Part shown: positions 25,871 through 37,569 of the stretch, one piece after another
Numbering within the stretch: the stretch's first letter is position 1
Layout: each line of letters begins with the position of its first letter
DNA from: Torpedo marmorata
Taxonomy: Eukaryota
Direction: 5' to 3'
NCBI GenBank assembly: GCA_977017645.1
Contig: OZ360234.1
Coordinates: 55,366,001 to 55,430,000 of the forward strand
Length of the DNA: 64,000 nucleotides
Position numbers and translations under genes: made by a program
The notes under the pieces: generated by a model
What the model was told of the DNA's origin: nothing
What the model saw: the letters and a program-made list of their open reading frames with translations, nothing else
Database searches by the model: none

Positions 25871-26503
25871 TGTCTTCTGAGTTCTAAATTTCTCCCAGTC
25901 TCCATATTCCATATCCATGTTCAGGTTTGCTGCTTTTCCTAGTCAAATTGTAAACCACTTATTTGTTTTTTATGTTATCCCTGCTTTCCTTCATTAGCCA
26001 CGGTTCATCATATAAATCCCAAGCAATTACTGTTTTGGCTGTGGCTGCACTTGCTATCATATTGATCCACTTTTCACACATGACCACGATTGGATACCAA
26101 GCGTACCTGATGTAAAATGTACAACATAAGTAGGGTATCAAATAAAAGGTGCTGCATTTGTAATAATTCTGTCTCGCAGTAAATAATGGAAACATCTCAA
26201 CAATAAAATGTATAAAGTACTATTTTCCGAGCAAATCTTTGAAAATAAATAATTCACCTTCCAACTTGGGTGCACAACAATGCCTAAAACTTGCCTCATA
26301 GTTGAAATTTGCACACTTTTAGCATAAAGTAAATTCGCAACCTTATCTGCAAAGGTTTGTATTAGAGTTAGAAAAAATGTGAAAACCACTGTTTTAATCG
26401 TACCTAATTGACTCGTTATGTGCATGGTTTCATAACTCCAAAGGAAATGGGCCAATGATAATTTTTCTCAAGCAAAATATTTCCGTAACAATTGGGTCTA
26501 GAG

Positions 26504-26632
26504 CAGTGGTTCGCAACCTTCCCTTCCCACTCACATACCACATTAAGCAATCCCTTACTAATCACAGAGCACATGGCATAGGGATTGCTTAAGGTGGAAT
26601 GTGAGTTTAGGGGGGCAGTTTGAAAACCACTG
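26504..26632. mobile_element. hAT MITE, same family
   Basis: CAGTGGTT..AACCACTG termini; internal hairpin shared with the 22646 and 24321 copies; TSD degenerate. Confidence 0.82.
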
Positions 26633-27185
26633 ATTTAGATCCTTAGATAACATTCTTCATTGACTACTATATCACAAATTTTGGTGTCCTCTGCAAGCTA
26701 CATTGTCATCTATATTAATGACTTGGATGACACACCAGTAGACCCAGTGCTGATCCCTGTGGTACACCATTGATCACAGGCTTACAATCTGAGTTAGAAC
26801 CCTCCACTACTGCTCTCTGTCTCATACCATCAAGCCAGTTATCCAGTTGGACAACTCACCCTGGATCCCATGAAATCTGACCTTACAGACCAGCCTCCCA
26901 TGTGGGACCTTGTCAAAGGCCTTGATAACGTCCATACAGATGATGTGTACTGCCCTACCTTCATCAATCTTCTTTGTCATGTCTTCAAAAAAAAAAAAAA
27001 AAAACTCAGTCAAGATTTCCCATGCACAAAGGCATGTTGACTATTTCTAATCAGCCCTTGTGTTTCCAAATGCAAGTAGATCCTGTCTCACGGAATCCCT
27101 TCCTGTAACTTGCCCACGACTGATGTTATGCTCACTGGCCTGTAGTTCCCTGGGTTATCCTTACAGCCATTTTTAAAGACAGAAC

Positions 27186-29420
27186 AAGCAAAGCAAATGA
27201 GGTACTTGAGTATAAAAAAAAATGCAAGAAGAAACTTAAAGAAATCAGGAAGGCTAAAAGAAGACATGAGGTTGCTTTGGCAAACAATGTGAAGGAAAAT
27301 CTTAAGGGTTTCTACAGATATATTAAGAGCAAAAGGATAGTAAGGGACAAAATTGGTCCCTTGAAGATCAAAGTGGTCGTCTATGTATGGAGCCAGAAGA
27401 GATGGGAGAGATCTTGAGGTTTTTTGCATCAGTATTTACTCAGGAAACTGGCACAGGGTCTAGTGAAGTAAGGAAAACAAGCAGAGAGGTCATGGGCCTT
27501 ATACAGATTAAAGAGGAGGAGGTGCTTGCTGTCTTAAAGCATATAAGGGTGGATAAATCCCTAGGGCCTGACAAGATATTCCCTCGGACCTTGAGGGAGG
27601 CAAATGTAGAAATTGCAGGGGCTCTGGCAGAAATGTTTAAAATGTCCTTAGCCACGGGTTTGGTGCTGGAGGATTGGAGGGTAGCTCATGTTTTTCTGTT
27701 GCTTTAAAAAAGGCTCCAAAAGTAACCCAGGAAATTATAGGCCGTTGAGCCTGACGTCAGTAGTAGGTAAATTATTGGAAGGTGTTCTAAGAGATCAGAT
27801 ATACAAGTATTTGGATAGTCAGGGACTGATTAGGGATGATCAACATGGCTTTGTGCGTGGAAGGTCGTTTAACCAATTTGATAGAGTTTTTCGAGGAGGT
27901 TACCAGGAAAGTTGATGAAGGAAAGGCTGTGGATGTTGTCTACATGGACTTTAGTAAGGCCTTTGACAAGGTCCTACATGGGAAGTTAGTCAGAAAGGTT
28001 TAGATGCTCGGTATTCATGGTGAGGTAGTAAACTGGATTCTACATTGGCTATACGGGAGTAGCCAGAGAGTGGTGGTGGATGATTGCTTCTCAGACTGGA
28101 GGCCTGTATGTCGTGGTGTGCCTCAGGGATCTGTGCTGGGATTATTGCTGTTTGTCATCTCTATCAATGATCTGGATGATAATGTAAATTGGATCAGCAA
28201 GTTTGCAGATAACACAAAGATTGGAGGTGTTGTGGACAGCGAGGAAGGCTTTCAAAGCTTGCAGAGGGAGCTGGAAAAATGGGCTAAAAAATGGCAGATG
28301 GAATTTAATGCAAACAAGTGTGAGGTGTTGCATTTTGAAAGGACATACACGGTAAATGGTAGGGCACTAAGGAGTGCGGTAGAACAGAGCGATCTGGGAA
28401 TACAGATACATTGTCGCGGTCACGTACTTACCTTCGTCGGGAGTGGTGCCGGCCGCCGCTGATGACGTAAGCGATGCGATGCGCGGGGGTGTTAAGTGTC
28501 AGTATACGGGTGATGAATCTCAGATGCAGGAGGAGAGTGAGAGCGTCAGGATCATCCGTGTGGCAGTGAGCCAATGAGAAGGTCAGAGGGGTTTAGCTGG
28601 GTGGTGTTTGGGGAGTTGAAGAACGCAATGTTGTGTCCAGGGAATTTAAAAAAAAAAAAAATGAAGAAAGAAAGTCGACTTCATGGTGTGCTAAAAGAAA
28701 CGAGTGAGTGTATTCTTTATTTGTTTGTAAGCTGTGGTAAATCTGTGCCGTTACAACATAATTCCCTGAAAGTGGCATCACAGGTAGATAGGGTTGTAAA
28801 GAGAGCTTTTGGCACATTGGCCTTCATAAATCAAAGTATTGAGCGCAGGAGTTGGGGTGTTATGGTAAAGTTGTACAAGGCATTGGTGAGGCCAAATTTG
28901 GAGTATTGTGTGCAGTTTTAGTCACCAAACTACAGGAAAGATATCAATAAGATTGAAAGAGTGCAGAGAAGATTTACTAGGATGTTGCCCGGATTTCAGG
29001 AACTGAGTTACAGGGAAAGGTTAAACAGGTTAGGACTTTATTCTCTGGAGCATAGAAGAATGAGGGGAGATTTGATAGAGGTATTTAAAATTATGAGGGG
29101 GATAGACAGAGTAAATAGAGGTAGGCTTTTTCCATTGAGGGTAGGTGAGATACAAACCAGAGGACATGGGTTAAGGGGAAAAATTTAGGAGAAACATTAG
29201 GGGGATCTTCTTTACACAGAGTGGTGGGAGAGTGGAACAAGCTGCCAGCTGAAGTGGTAAATGCGGGCTCAATTTTAACATTTAAGAAGAATTTGGACAG
29301 GTACATGGATGGGAGGGGTATGGAGGGCGATGGACTGGGTGCGGGTCAGTTGGACTAGGCAGAATAATAGTTTGGGACAGACTAGAAGGGCCTGTTTCTG
29401 TGCTGTAATGTTCTAGGGTT
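27186..29420 (+). mobile_element. CR1 LINE, 5'-truncated
   Basis: Colinear RT pieces (NYRPLSLTSVVGK, GVPQGSVLG, KFADNTK, LVRPNLEYCVQF, RGDLIEVFK) and 3' tail. Confidence 0.92.
28412..28755. mobile_element. Solo LTR inserted in CR1
   Basis: TG..CA ends with imperfect inverted termini (TGTCGCGG/CCGTTACA); 4-bp TSD ACAT; removal restores CR1 sequence ATACAGATACATAATTCC. Confidence 0.85.
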
Positions 29421-30235
29421 CTCTTAGCCACCCTTCAGTTTTGTAGCACCTCACCTGTGCTCAACAATATGCAAATATCTCTGCCAGATCTCCTGCAATT
29501 TATTCCCTAGCTTCCCACAACATCCTAAGATCAGGCTCTGGGGATTTATCTCCCTGAATGAGTTTTAGGATCTCCAGCTCTTCTGTAATCCTGAACTCTC
29601 AAGCTATTTACTTTCCTGAGTTCCCTAGCCTCCAATTCTATCTCCAAGGTAAATTCATTATGAATTGCTCGTTAAGTACCTTGCCCACCTCTCATCTCCT
29701 GTGCTTCAACGCATCGATGACTTTGTGTTTAGGACCCCCATTCTTTCCCTAGTTGTTATTTTCCCTCTAATATTTACAGAATTTCTTGGCTTTCTCCTTG
29801 ACCTTATCTGCCAGAGCCATCTCACACCCTCTTGTTGCCCTCCATATTTCCCTCTTAAGTTAATTCCTATATCCTCAACTGCAATATTTTCATTAATATT
29901 TTAACTTATTGAAATTTATTTGGAGTGGTTTTTGTTTAAATTGTTTCATCCTTTTCAATGTTTATTCCTTTTTGTTAAAGTTTTGATCTGTTACTGATTG
30001 TCAGATTAGGGCTCTGGCTGTCAAAGACTTCTGATAAGCTTTGTGGACAGACATTGCATCATTGAAACCCTGTGTCACTGAAGGTCTTGGACGACTTTCC
30101 TTCAGGACCACCTGTGACACAAAGATTTGCCGCCTTAGGCGAGAGTGGCAGAGTTTGATGATTGAGCAACTCGTGATGCAAGATGTCACCCGGGAAGTTT
30201 AGGTCTCAATGTTTGATTTTTTTTTTCTCCTGCAG

Positions 30236-30411
30236 ATCATTGTATGGTGAATTTCATTAAGGAGAATCTTCTTGGCTCGATAAAGGAATTTAGAAACCGA
30301 TTTATGAATCCAATTCAGAATGGACAATGTGCAGACTCAACTTTAGTAGATGTAAGAGTAATGAAAAAACGTGCCCACATCTTGTATGAAATGTTAGCAG
30401 GTTGTGTGCAG
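30236..30411 (+). CDS. ATRX: ATRX exon (YHCMVNFIKENLLGSIKEFRNRF..LYEMLAGCVQ)
   Basis: poly-T ctcctgcag acceptor, CAG|gtaagt donor, 176 nt. Confidence 0.97.
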
Positions 30412-30477
30412 GTAAGTGCTACAGTTCAGTTTTTATTTCTTACCAGCCCTTATTCGAGTTTGGGTACAAATTGTTTA

Positions 30478-31500
30478 AGAATACAAGGAAAATAGAGGTA
30501 GGAGTCGGCTAATCAGCCCCTTGTGCAAGATCCCCATTCAGTAAGATTATGGCTAACCTCCTTCAATGTCACTTTCTAGCACCAACCCCAATTATTTTGA
30601 TTCCTTTAATATCTTGGGGTGGGGGGATAAGAATATGGTCCTTTATCTTGAATATATACAATGACTGAGCCTCCACAGCTACCTTGTGTGGATAAATCCA
30701 AATGCTCACTACGCTTTGGCTCAAGAAAATCCTTCTCTTGTCCATACTGATTTATCAAACGTTTGTTTTATGACTGACATGTCAACTAGGGGAAGCGTCA
30801 GTTCTGTATCTATCGAGTCAAGCCCTATTAGAATTTTGTATATTTCATTGAGAATGTATTCTGTGTAAGCTCTCCATGACAAACCTACCATCCAAGAAAT
30901 AACCTGGCGAATGTTTGCTGCACTTTTAGCACAAATATATTCTTGAGTAACAAGACCAGACTCCCATCTAATATTCCAGTTGCAGTTTCACTGGGGCCTC
31001 ATAATTTAGAGCAAGGCACCTCTGCTTTATTTCAGATTCTCTTGGTAAAGGGCAGCATATAATTTTCCTTCCTAATTTTTTGCTGAACTAAATGTTGATT
31101 TTTTTTTTTCAGTGATTTAGATGCAACGGGACTCAAGTCTCTGATCATCTTTGAGGCATACTATTTTGTAAAAATCTTGCTTTTCTTTTAATCAGCTTAG
31201 GTATATGACCTCACATTTTTCTACATTATACTTATTTCAGACCTGTTTATATCCTTGTGAAGCTTCTTTCCATCCTCATCCTGGCCCACCTACCTTTGTA
31301 CTATGAGCAAACCTGTCTGGATTACACTTGATCCCTGCATCCAAATCATTGCTGTAGATTAAGAACCTCTGGGGGCCCAGCAGTGATTCTTGTGTCACCT
31401 GCCTGATTGTTGCCTCGCTACCCAAATAGGACCTATTTATTCCTACTGTGTTCTGTTCACTAACCTATTTTAATTTCACAACAGTAATTTCCCAAAGTTC
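30478..31500 (-). mobile_element. Highly degraded CR1
   Basis: Tail similar to the 23946 copy (..ATAGAGGTAGGAGTCGGC..TCAGCCC); scattered RT-like remnants. Confidence 0.6.
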
Positions 31501-31971
31501 CACTAATTTATTCAAATACTCCACATCAGGCTTGCCCTCAAATGAAAATCAAAATACTGCAGTGCTAGAAAATCTGCAATAAAAAGAAAATACTGGAAAT
31601 GTTTAGTCATTCAGACAGCATCAATGGGGGAAAAAAAATAATTTCTTTCAGTTTGAAGGAACTTGTCAATACTGGGAAAGAACAAAAGTTAGCATCAAGC
31701 TACAGAGATGGTGGGGGAGGGATGGCTGGAATCCACCCTCTGATAGGATGAGGTCAGGTTTGCAATGGGGATGAGTCGTAGAGGTCATCCATTCGATGGA
31801 TTTAACGGAGAGAAAAAATGAATAAAAACTAAGGGCAGCCATAAATACCATTTCATAAATCCAACTGCCTTGTTATTACTTCATTAACAATGGAGGCCAA
31901 TATTTTTCCCTTCTACTGATATCTGCCTCACTGATCTACAGCTCTTTGTTTTTCCCCCCTCCTTCCTTCAG

Positions 31972-32270
31972 ATTTTTCAGATTTCAGATTTATTGTCAGA
32001 GTACATACACGACATCACATACAACCCTGAGATTCCTTTTTCCTGCGGGCGTGGCAGAATTACCACTAATTGGTAGTGCAAAAAATAAACTCTACACAGC
32101 GTAAAACATGTAAACAAATAAAGGAACTGTAAACAGATAACGAATGTAAACAAACTGCAATACAGAGAAAACAAAAGAAAATCAATAAAGTGCACAAGAG
32201 TCCTTAAATGAGTCTCTGATTGAGTTTGTTGTTGAGTCTGATGGTGGAGGGGCAGCAGCTGTTCCTGAAT
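31972..32270 (-). mobile_element. Rex1/Babar 3' end
   Basis: Near-identical to 43521-43810; (TCTGAAA)n tail. Confidence 0.85.
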
Positions 32271-32438
32271 ATAGTTCCTTAAATAGTGAGACTACTTTGT
32301 TTCAGTGTATTTTGATTTGTACATTGAAATCAATGTAGCATGCTGCTGTCTTCTATGCCCTCTGCCAAAATCCTCATCTAAACATCCTGATGATTTTTCT
32401 TTTCATTTCTGTTTCTCCCTGACATTCAAAAACCTCAC

Positions 32439-32683
32439 GGGGTGGCACAGTTAGTGTAGCGTTGGCGTAGCAGTTAGTGCAGGGCTATTACAGCGCCAGT
32501 GACCCTGGTTCGAATCCGGCACTGTCTGTAGGGAGTTTGTATGTTCTTCCTGTAACCGCATGGGTTTCCTCCAGGTGCTTCAGTTTCCTCCCACTTGTGG
32601 GGCTTGTAGGTTCATTGGTTTATTGGGCCGCACAGGCTCGTGGGCCAGAAAGGCCTGTTACCTTGCTGTCTCTAAATTTAAAT
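32439..32683 (+). mobile_element. V-SINE (older copy)
   Basis: B-box GGTTCGAATCC, V-domain, tail. Confidence 0.85.
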
Positions 32684-32983
32684 GTTGCCTACGACATCTT
32701 GCTACTTTGTCCAGTGCATTAACTTGAGGATTTTTGCTCTTGTTTTTGAATTCTCTTTAGTTATTTTCTGGATAATCACCTTCAGTCACAGATGTTTGCA
32801 CCCTCTGAGTCTCTGGGCAAAGGTTCCTTTTCCAGTGAAGTGGGAATGCATTTTGGAGTGACTGGTTGTTTATAAACCTTGCACCTTTTTTTATCTCACA
32901 AATTATCCTAATGAAGAATTTAATGGTAATACTTAAGTTTATTTTGTTAATTTTGTAAAAACAATTTATTTTTCTTTTTGTAG

Positions 32984-33101
32984 CGCAAAGATTACACCGC
33001 ACTTACAAAATTCTTGCCTCCAAAACATGAGTATGTTCTTGCTGTGAGAATGATGCCAATTCAATGCAAACTTTATCAATATTACCTTGACAATTTTACA
33101 G
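32984..33101 (+). CDS. ATRX: ATRX exon (RKDYTALTKFLPPKHEYVLAVRM..CKLYQYYLDNFT)
   Basis: tttttgtag acceptor, G|gtatgt donor, 118 nt. Confidence 0.96.
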
Positions 33102-33937
33102 GTATGTGACAAACTTTTTTAAAACAAACTTTTGCAGTTTTGATTTTTATAGCAACTATCTCTTATGTTTTTATTCGGTGGCTAGCTTTGAAAGAATCGC
33201 TGTCAATGCAGTGGCTGATCACTTTTGCATGTAACACAAAATTTGTTTAATAACAGAAATCAGGCATGTGTGTAAAGGAAGTGAACTGCCTTCCCAGGGA
33301 GGACAAGGATTCTATAACTCTTGTATTTTCAGTCACAGTGGAATTGCATTGTGATGTGTGGTGAATTGGAGTTGGGTCTTCCTGCTGTCTAGACATTGTG
33401 GAGAGAGTAATGGAATGTGGCTGTAGATCCAGATGTAATTCTTTAGATCTAACTGTTCCATTGAAATGTGGGCATTTTAAAAAAGAAAAATTTTAGGTGA
33501 TTTTTTTTTTTTGTGTTGTGTGTGTCTGAGGCAGACTGGGTGTGAGTGTGGTGGCTGCCTGGCAGAGTCGGTGTGAGACCAAATTAATTTTCATTGGCCT
33601 GAGATCACAATTGTGATTGGTGAACTGCCAGTGAAATGTTTCCCAACCCTATGAGAAACAGGCCGATTTTGAAGGCAGGATGGTGCAAGTGCTATTTCAT
33701 TGCCCACAGCAGAGCTTAAAGGAAAGAGTGCTTAGCATCTGAAATAGAAGGAAGAGATACTCAAATAACAGATTCTTGGAAATTTTAAGGCAATAAAATC
33801 CATAAACAACTGCCAGAAAGTTATCTCTAAAACCACTTTTTAATCATCTCTGTAAATGGGCTGCCTTGTGATGTTCAGTTTATGGCTTGGGGATAGAAAC
33901 AAGAACAAGTAATGCACAATAGAGCAAAGGAAAACGT

Positions 33938-35645
33938 GATAGAGAGTCGTACAGCATTGAACAGGCCCTTCAGCCCAACTTGTCCATGCCAATGAAGTTG
34001 ACATTCTGAGCTAGTCCCATTTGCCTGCATTTGATCCATATCCCTCTAAGCTCTTCCTAGCCATATCTGTTAAAATATCTTTTGAACAGCAAAATCGTCC
34101 CTGCTTTATAGTTTATCTTCTGGCAGCTTGTTCCAGATATGGAATGCCCTCAGAGAAAAGATTGCCCCTCAGATCCCTCTTAAATCTCTCTCCTCTTACT
34201 TTAAATCTATTCCCTCTACAGTCACCTATCTTGGGAAAAATTACTTTATTCATGCCCCTCACGATTTTATAAACCTCTAAGGTTACCAATCAGCTTCCCA
34301 TGCTCTAGGGAACAAAGATCCTGGCATATCACCTCTGCACCCCTTCCAACTTGTATCCTTCCTATAGCTGGACATCCAGAACTGCTCGCACAGTATTCCA
34401 AGTGTGATCTCACAATGCCTTGCACAGCTGTTTCATGAGATCCAACTTTTGTAGTCAATAGCCCACTCAATGATGGCAAGCATAACAAACACCACCTTCA
34501 CTACCTTGTCCACCTGAGTTGCCACTTTCAGGGAACTCTGCACCTGCACATCTTTATCTCTGATTTGCAACACTCTCCAGGTACCTGCCATTTACTGCAA
34601 GTCCTACTCTGGCTTGACTTAATAAAGTGCAACACCTCGTACTTGTCAGAGTTAAATTTGCCACTCCTTGGCCCACCTTCTCAACTGATCTAGATCCTGT
34701 TGTAAACTAGGATATCCTTCCTTGCTGTCAAATTTGCTAATGACATTAACTACTCTGACTATTTCGATGGCAATGTAGTTGATAGAGGTAACAAAGAACA
34801 GTGGACCTAGCATCAACCCCTGTGGCACCACTGGTCACAGGCCTCCAATCTGAAAAACATCCCTCCACTGCGACCCTCTAAATCCTTCCATCATCCACTA
34901 AGTCAAATTTGAATCCAATTGGTCAGCTTGCTGTGCTTCTCATGTGATCTAACTTTCTAGGCTAACCTGCCAGATGTGTGTACGTATGTGTGTCCACGCT
35001 TAGGTGCGCGTGTGTGTATACGTATAGAGGTGGGGGTGGGTGGGTGCATGCATTTTGGGATGGGGGTGTCTATAGGGGCGGGGGGTGTGTGAATATAGGG
35101 GCGGGTGTGAGTGTGTGTATATTGGGGTGTGGTGTATGGGGGGTGTGGGGGTTTTGGGGGGGTCGAGGTGTGGGAAGGGGGCTTGTGGGTGGTTGTGCTT
35201 GTATAGGCGTGTGTGTATATAGGAGTGGAGGGGTTGTGGGTGTGTGCGCAAGGGTGCATTTGTTTTGGTGGGTGCGCACCAGTGCGTTTTGGTGGGTGTG
35301 TGGGTATAGGGGTGGGTGCGCACAGGTGCGTTTTGGTGAGTGTGTGTATAGGGGTGGGTGGGCGCGTCTGTATAAGGGTGGGTGTGCATGTGTATAGGGG
35401 GGTGTGTGGGTGCGTATGTATATTTATAGAGGTATATAATTTTTGTTTATTTATTATATTTTGTTATATATAGACACACTCACACAACGTCCACCACCCT
35501 GCCCTCATCAATCCTCTTTGTAACCTCTTCAAAAATTCTATTAGTTTTGTGAGACACTTTTTCTCATGCTGACAACCACCACTCAGTCCTAGCCTATCTG
35601 GTAGCTCCTATCCCTCAGAAATCCCTCCAACAATTTTTCCTGCTA
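33938..35645 (-). mobile_element. Degraded CR1 interrupted by a GT-rich repeat
   Basis: CR1 tail near 33940; VRSHLEYC motif. Confidence 0.72.
34975..35420 (+). repeat. Degenerate G/T-rich low-complexity repeat with many G-runs
   Basis: Recurrent GTGT(A)TAGGGG and GGGTG units. Confidence 0.9.
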
Positions 35646-35746
35646 CATATGTTATTATGCATGAGGCTTATACCTAGTTTAGGCAGGAGTTCTCATCACT
35701 ATAATTGTTCAGAATGTGGATGAAGACACAGATGAATTTTAATTTA

Positions 35747-36394
35747 CCGTATTTGATGGCATATAAGAACCACTTTTTCCTCCAAAAAATGGCTCAAAAA
35801 TATCCCCCGGGTCTTTTATGCGAAGTTGAAATTAGGGTGATAATGGTGAGTAAAGCCGACAGTGATTATCGTCGCTGCGTGGCTCACTAGCATCACCGCC
35901 ATCTATCGTTGGGGGCTGGTGGCAGGCTGTCGGGGGAGGGGGGGAGCGGGGCGGTGGGATCACTGTGGGGGCTGGTGGCGGGCTGTCGGGCTACTCTCCC
36001 GGCAGCCCGCTGTCGGTCCCCGCACTAATCCCACCGCCCCGCTCGCCCCTCCGGGAGAGAGTGGGACCAGCGTGGGGACTGACAGCGGGCCGCCGGGAGA
36101 CAGCGGGACCAGCGCGGGGACTGACAGCGGCAGTTTGTTTTTATAAAAAAAATTCTGCTAATAGCTAAGCTGCTTTTGTTTTCTCTTGTAAATTACAGCA
36201 GTGTTATTAAAAAGATTTTTCCTGTTGTTCTAGTTGCATGTTTTGTCCAAGTTTTTTTTCTGCTATACTGTAGCTACATATTTCAATAACATTAAATGCT
36301 TACCCATAAATACACAAAAAAAATTCTTAATATTCTCTGCTGAAATGGGGGGGGGCCTTATATGCCCGTGGGTCGTATATGCCATCAAATACGG
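35747..36394 (+). mobile_element. Non-autonomous pogo-family MITE with GC-rich filler
   Basis: TIRs CCGTATTTGATGGCATATA, TA flanks; both ends match the 46748-48560 element. Confidence 0.9.
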
Positions 36395-36396
36395 TA

Positions 36397-36644
36397 ATTT
36401 AGACATACAGCACGGTAACAGGCCATTTCGGCCCAAGAGTCCGTGCCACCCAATTTACATCCAATTAACCTACACCTCCGGTACGTTTCGAAAGGTGGGA
36501 GGAAACCAGAGCCCCCGGGGAAAACCCACGCCGACATGGGGAGAACGTACAAACTCTTTGCAGACAGTGTGGGATACGAACCCCGGTCCCGATCGCTGGC
36601 GCTGTGAAGGCGTTGCACTAACCACTACGCCAACCGTGCCGCCC
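36397..36644 (-). mobile_element. V-SINE
   Basis: Reverse complement of the family sequence; the MITE appears to sit in its AT-rich tail. Confidence 0.9.
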
Positions 36645-37569
36645 AAGGATTTGAAGAACGTTGGAAACACATGCACAAACAATGAAACAAGTCTGCAATA
36701 GGTTGGAAGAAATTATACTCAGAGAGATGCAATAGCAGATGTTAATTAGACTTACAAGTAGGCCATGCACATGTTTAACAGGAAAATTAGGTCAAATTAA
36801 ACAGTGGCACCAAATGAATCTTTAATTTCAAATAATGCTGCCATAGCCAAAAAGCAAGGAAGTGAAAAACCTGTTAAATGTTACAAAAAAGTTCTTTTGC
36901 AGAATTTGTGTACTATGTAGTGTCAGTATGAACAGCATGAGGTGCTCGGTTTTGAAGTTAACATTCAGGCTCCTGCATTGTGGTGCTGACTCAGATATCT
37001 ACCCACTTGGCAGTATTTTGATAACAATCATTAATAATTTTGTTACGGTCTGTTTGTGATGGATTTTAAAACTCAATTAATTAGCCTAAAGCTTATTCTT
37101 GTGCAATCAGAGAACACTTTGAATTTGAGGCCACAATTACCTAATCAGTATAACTTGTGCAACATTTCACAAAGCTTTTTGAGGACAGTAACTACTGAGC
37201 AAGATCTACAAGATCTTTAAGAACTACAATGGATCATTAATCTTAAAAGCTTTTATTTAAATGTTTCATAACTATAAGATTGAACTTTATTTTCATTTGT
37301 TTGCTCTGATATCATTGTGTGTTTTAATGGGATACAGCAGCTTAACTATGGTGGATTTGAACCAGATGTCAGGTTTTTGCTCTGAAGCAAGGTCATTTTT
37401 GCCCAATTGGCTATCTTAAGAATATGGTGTGACTATTGAAAGCTGACTCCGCTTTTCAATTTTTTAATAGTGATGCCAACTGGAAATTTGTTTTTCGATA
37501 CTTAAAATGTATTGTTATACCAAACCAGCACATTTGAAAACTTCAGGCACGCTAGCAGTTATAATAAAA

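Larger units (their letters stand above)
26640..29875 (-). mobile_element. Old CR1 (-) split by a younger CR1 (+); pieces ~26640-27180 and ~29423-29875
   Basis: KAFDKVPHGRL and NPGNYRPVSITSVVGK on the - strand, continuing after the insertion. Confidence 0.75.

Noticed and set aside
34957-35473. Several His/Thr/Pro- or Val/Gly/Cys-rich ORFs
   Set aside because: Translations of GT-rich low-complexity DNA
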